Shown here: piece by piece, positions 62,366 to 64,000 of the stretch | How the letters are laid out: the number at the start of each line of letters is the position of its first letter | Position numbering within the stretch: position 1 is the stretch's first letter | Source: Mobula hypostoma | Taxonomy: Eukaryota | Direction of reading: 5' to 3' | Length of the DNA: 64,000 nucleotides | NCBI RefSeq assembly: GCF_963921235.1 | Contig: NC_086124.1 | Coordinates: forward strand, 28,086,001 to 28,150,000 | Translations under genes and position numbers: made by a program | Notes under the pieces: generated by a model | What the model saw: the letters and a program-made list of their open reading frames with translations, nothing else | Database searches by the model: none | Told to the model about the DNA's origin: nothing

Positions 62366-64000
62366 CCGGTTGTCTTATGAGAAAGGGTCAGACAGGCTGG
62401 GCTTGTATCCACTGAGGTCAGAAATGTCCTAATTGGCTTATTACAATACACCGAGGGAGAGTAAAAAGTATTTGTGAGCATGATATCCAAACCATCATTC
62501 CATATATACAAGGTAGTACAAAAGCAAGTACTTGGGAGAACTCGTGGAGGGTTCCCTAAATGTTAATTTGTCAGTTGAATCAATGGTAAGGGAGGCAAAT
62601 GCAATGTCAGCATTCTTTTCCTATGGACTCAAATATGAAAGCAGGAATCTATTGCCGGGCCTCATTAGGCATTGATCAAATCCGCACTTGAAGTATTATG
62701 AGCAGTTTTGGGCCTCTTATCTAAGAAAGGATATACCGGAATTAGAGAAGGCCCAGAGGAGGTTCATGAGAATGATCCCAGGAAGGAAAGTATTAACCAA
62801 GAGAAAACACAAATCCGAGGTGCAAAGGGAATTGGAGGTCCTCGAACAGGATTCTCTAAAGGTTAATTTGCAGGTGGAGTCAGGAGTAAGGAAGGCAAGT
62901 GCAGTGTTACCGTTCTTTTATGCTGAGGCTTCATAAGAGATTGGTCTTAAGCAGTTTGAGTATTGGAGAGGGTCCGAATGAGGATAACGAGAATGATCCT
63001 GACAATGCAAGGGTTAACATATGATGAGAATTTGATGGCTCTGGGCCTGTACTTGGTGGAGTTTAGCAGAATGATGGGGGTGGGGGATGAGGGTGTATGT
63101 ATCATTCAATCCTATCAAATACTGAAACGCCTAGACAGAGTGGACGTGGAGAGGATGTTTCCTCTCATGGGGGAGTCGAGCACCAGAGGACACAGCCTCA
63201 GAATAGAAGGACATCCTTTTAGAACAGAGATGAGAAGGAATTTCTTTAGGTAAGTCCCTGAATTCATTGCCACAGACTGCTCTGGAGGCCACGTCACTGG
63301 GTAGATTTAAAGATGAAGTTGAAAGCTTCTTCATCATTAAGGGTGTCAAAGGTTACGGGGAGAAGGCAGAAATACGGGGTTGAGTGGATAATAAATTAGC
63401 CATGAAATGCCTAAGCAGGTTCAATAGGCCAAATGGACTAATTCTGCTCCTATAATTTATGATCTTATGGTGATCAGCATGGTCCACTTGGACAGAAGTG
63501 CACATATCTGTATTACTCCATGACTGATGTAGAAAGGAGAGATACTAGTCCTCACCAGGTTACAGCAGGATTCTGTTCCTGTGAAACAATCGCAACCTGA
63601 ATGGGTTGAAAATGTGATCCAAATCACCCAATCATGTGGCAGCAACTCAATTCATCAAAGCATGCAGACATGGCCAAGAGGTCCAGTTGTTGTTCAGACC
63701 AAACATCAGATTGGGGAAGAAATGTGATCTGAGTGACTTTCACCATGGAATCTAGTCAAGATGGTGCCTGTGTACAACGTCCCGCTGGTCAACGTCTATG
63801 AGATAGTCAATGAATCTGTTTATTTCACTTCTTTTACGTCTGCTTTTCATCTGAAATGTGTTTCTGGAACTGTTAAGAGCCTGTGATTTACAGTTTGGAG
63901 ATCAATTGAGTGATCTAGTGCTTTGCTGTCTCCAGGAAGATTCCAGGAAGCTCAAACAGCCTCAGGGCGAAGCAGCTTAAAGGTAAGGCAGGGGCCAATG
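62366..64000. repeat. Right arm of the inverted segmental duplication (runs off the window end)
   Basis: Position 62366 pairs with 52608 and 64000 pairs with 50974; both arms are 1635 bp, with scattered substitutions. Confidence 0.9.

Overview
This is eukaryotic vertebrate DNA, repeat-rich, with one 200-N gap at 62166-62365. The repeat families and gene types point to a cartilaginous fish, probably a ray; that assignment is inference. Host genes: (i) two disabled GPR139/142-like class A GPCR loci at 139-1087 and 12107-18812; (ii) an MHC-family gene with class II architecture at 47645-55859 (leader, one groove-type domain, one Ig-C1 domain, Gly-rich TM). Its four exons splice in frame without stops, its Ig domain carries class I alpha3 motifs, and its groove domain lacks the canonical disulfide. 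It is best read as a candidate W-category beta (WB) chain. (iii) A related MHC-like pseudogene (leader plus first domain) at 34706-35267. A >=1.6 kb inverted duplicate of that gene's intron 3 at the window end predicts a second, inverted copy just outside the window. The rest is transposon-derived: Penelope-like elements with minimal hammerhead ribozymes and inverted-repeat derivatives, CR1, Rex/Babar, L1 and Nimb/I-type LINEs, V-SINEs, Tc1 elements, a Gypsy remnant, several solo LTRs with target-site duplications, and a deleted env-bearing provirus at 28454-31728. All assignments come from reading motifs by eye; no database searches were run.
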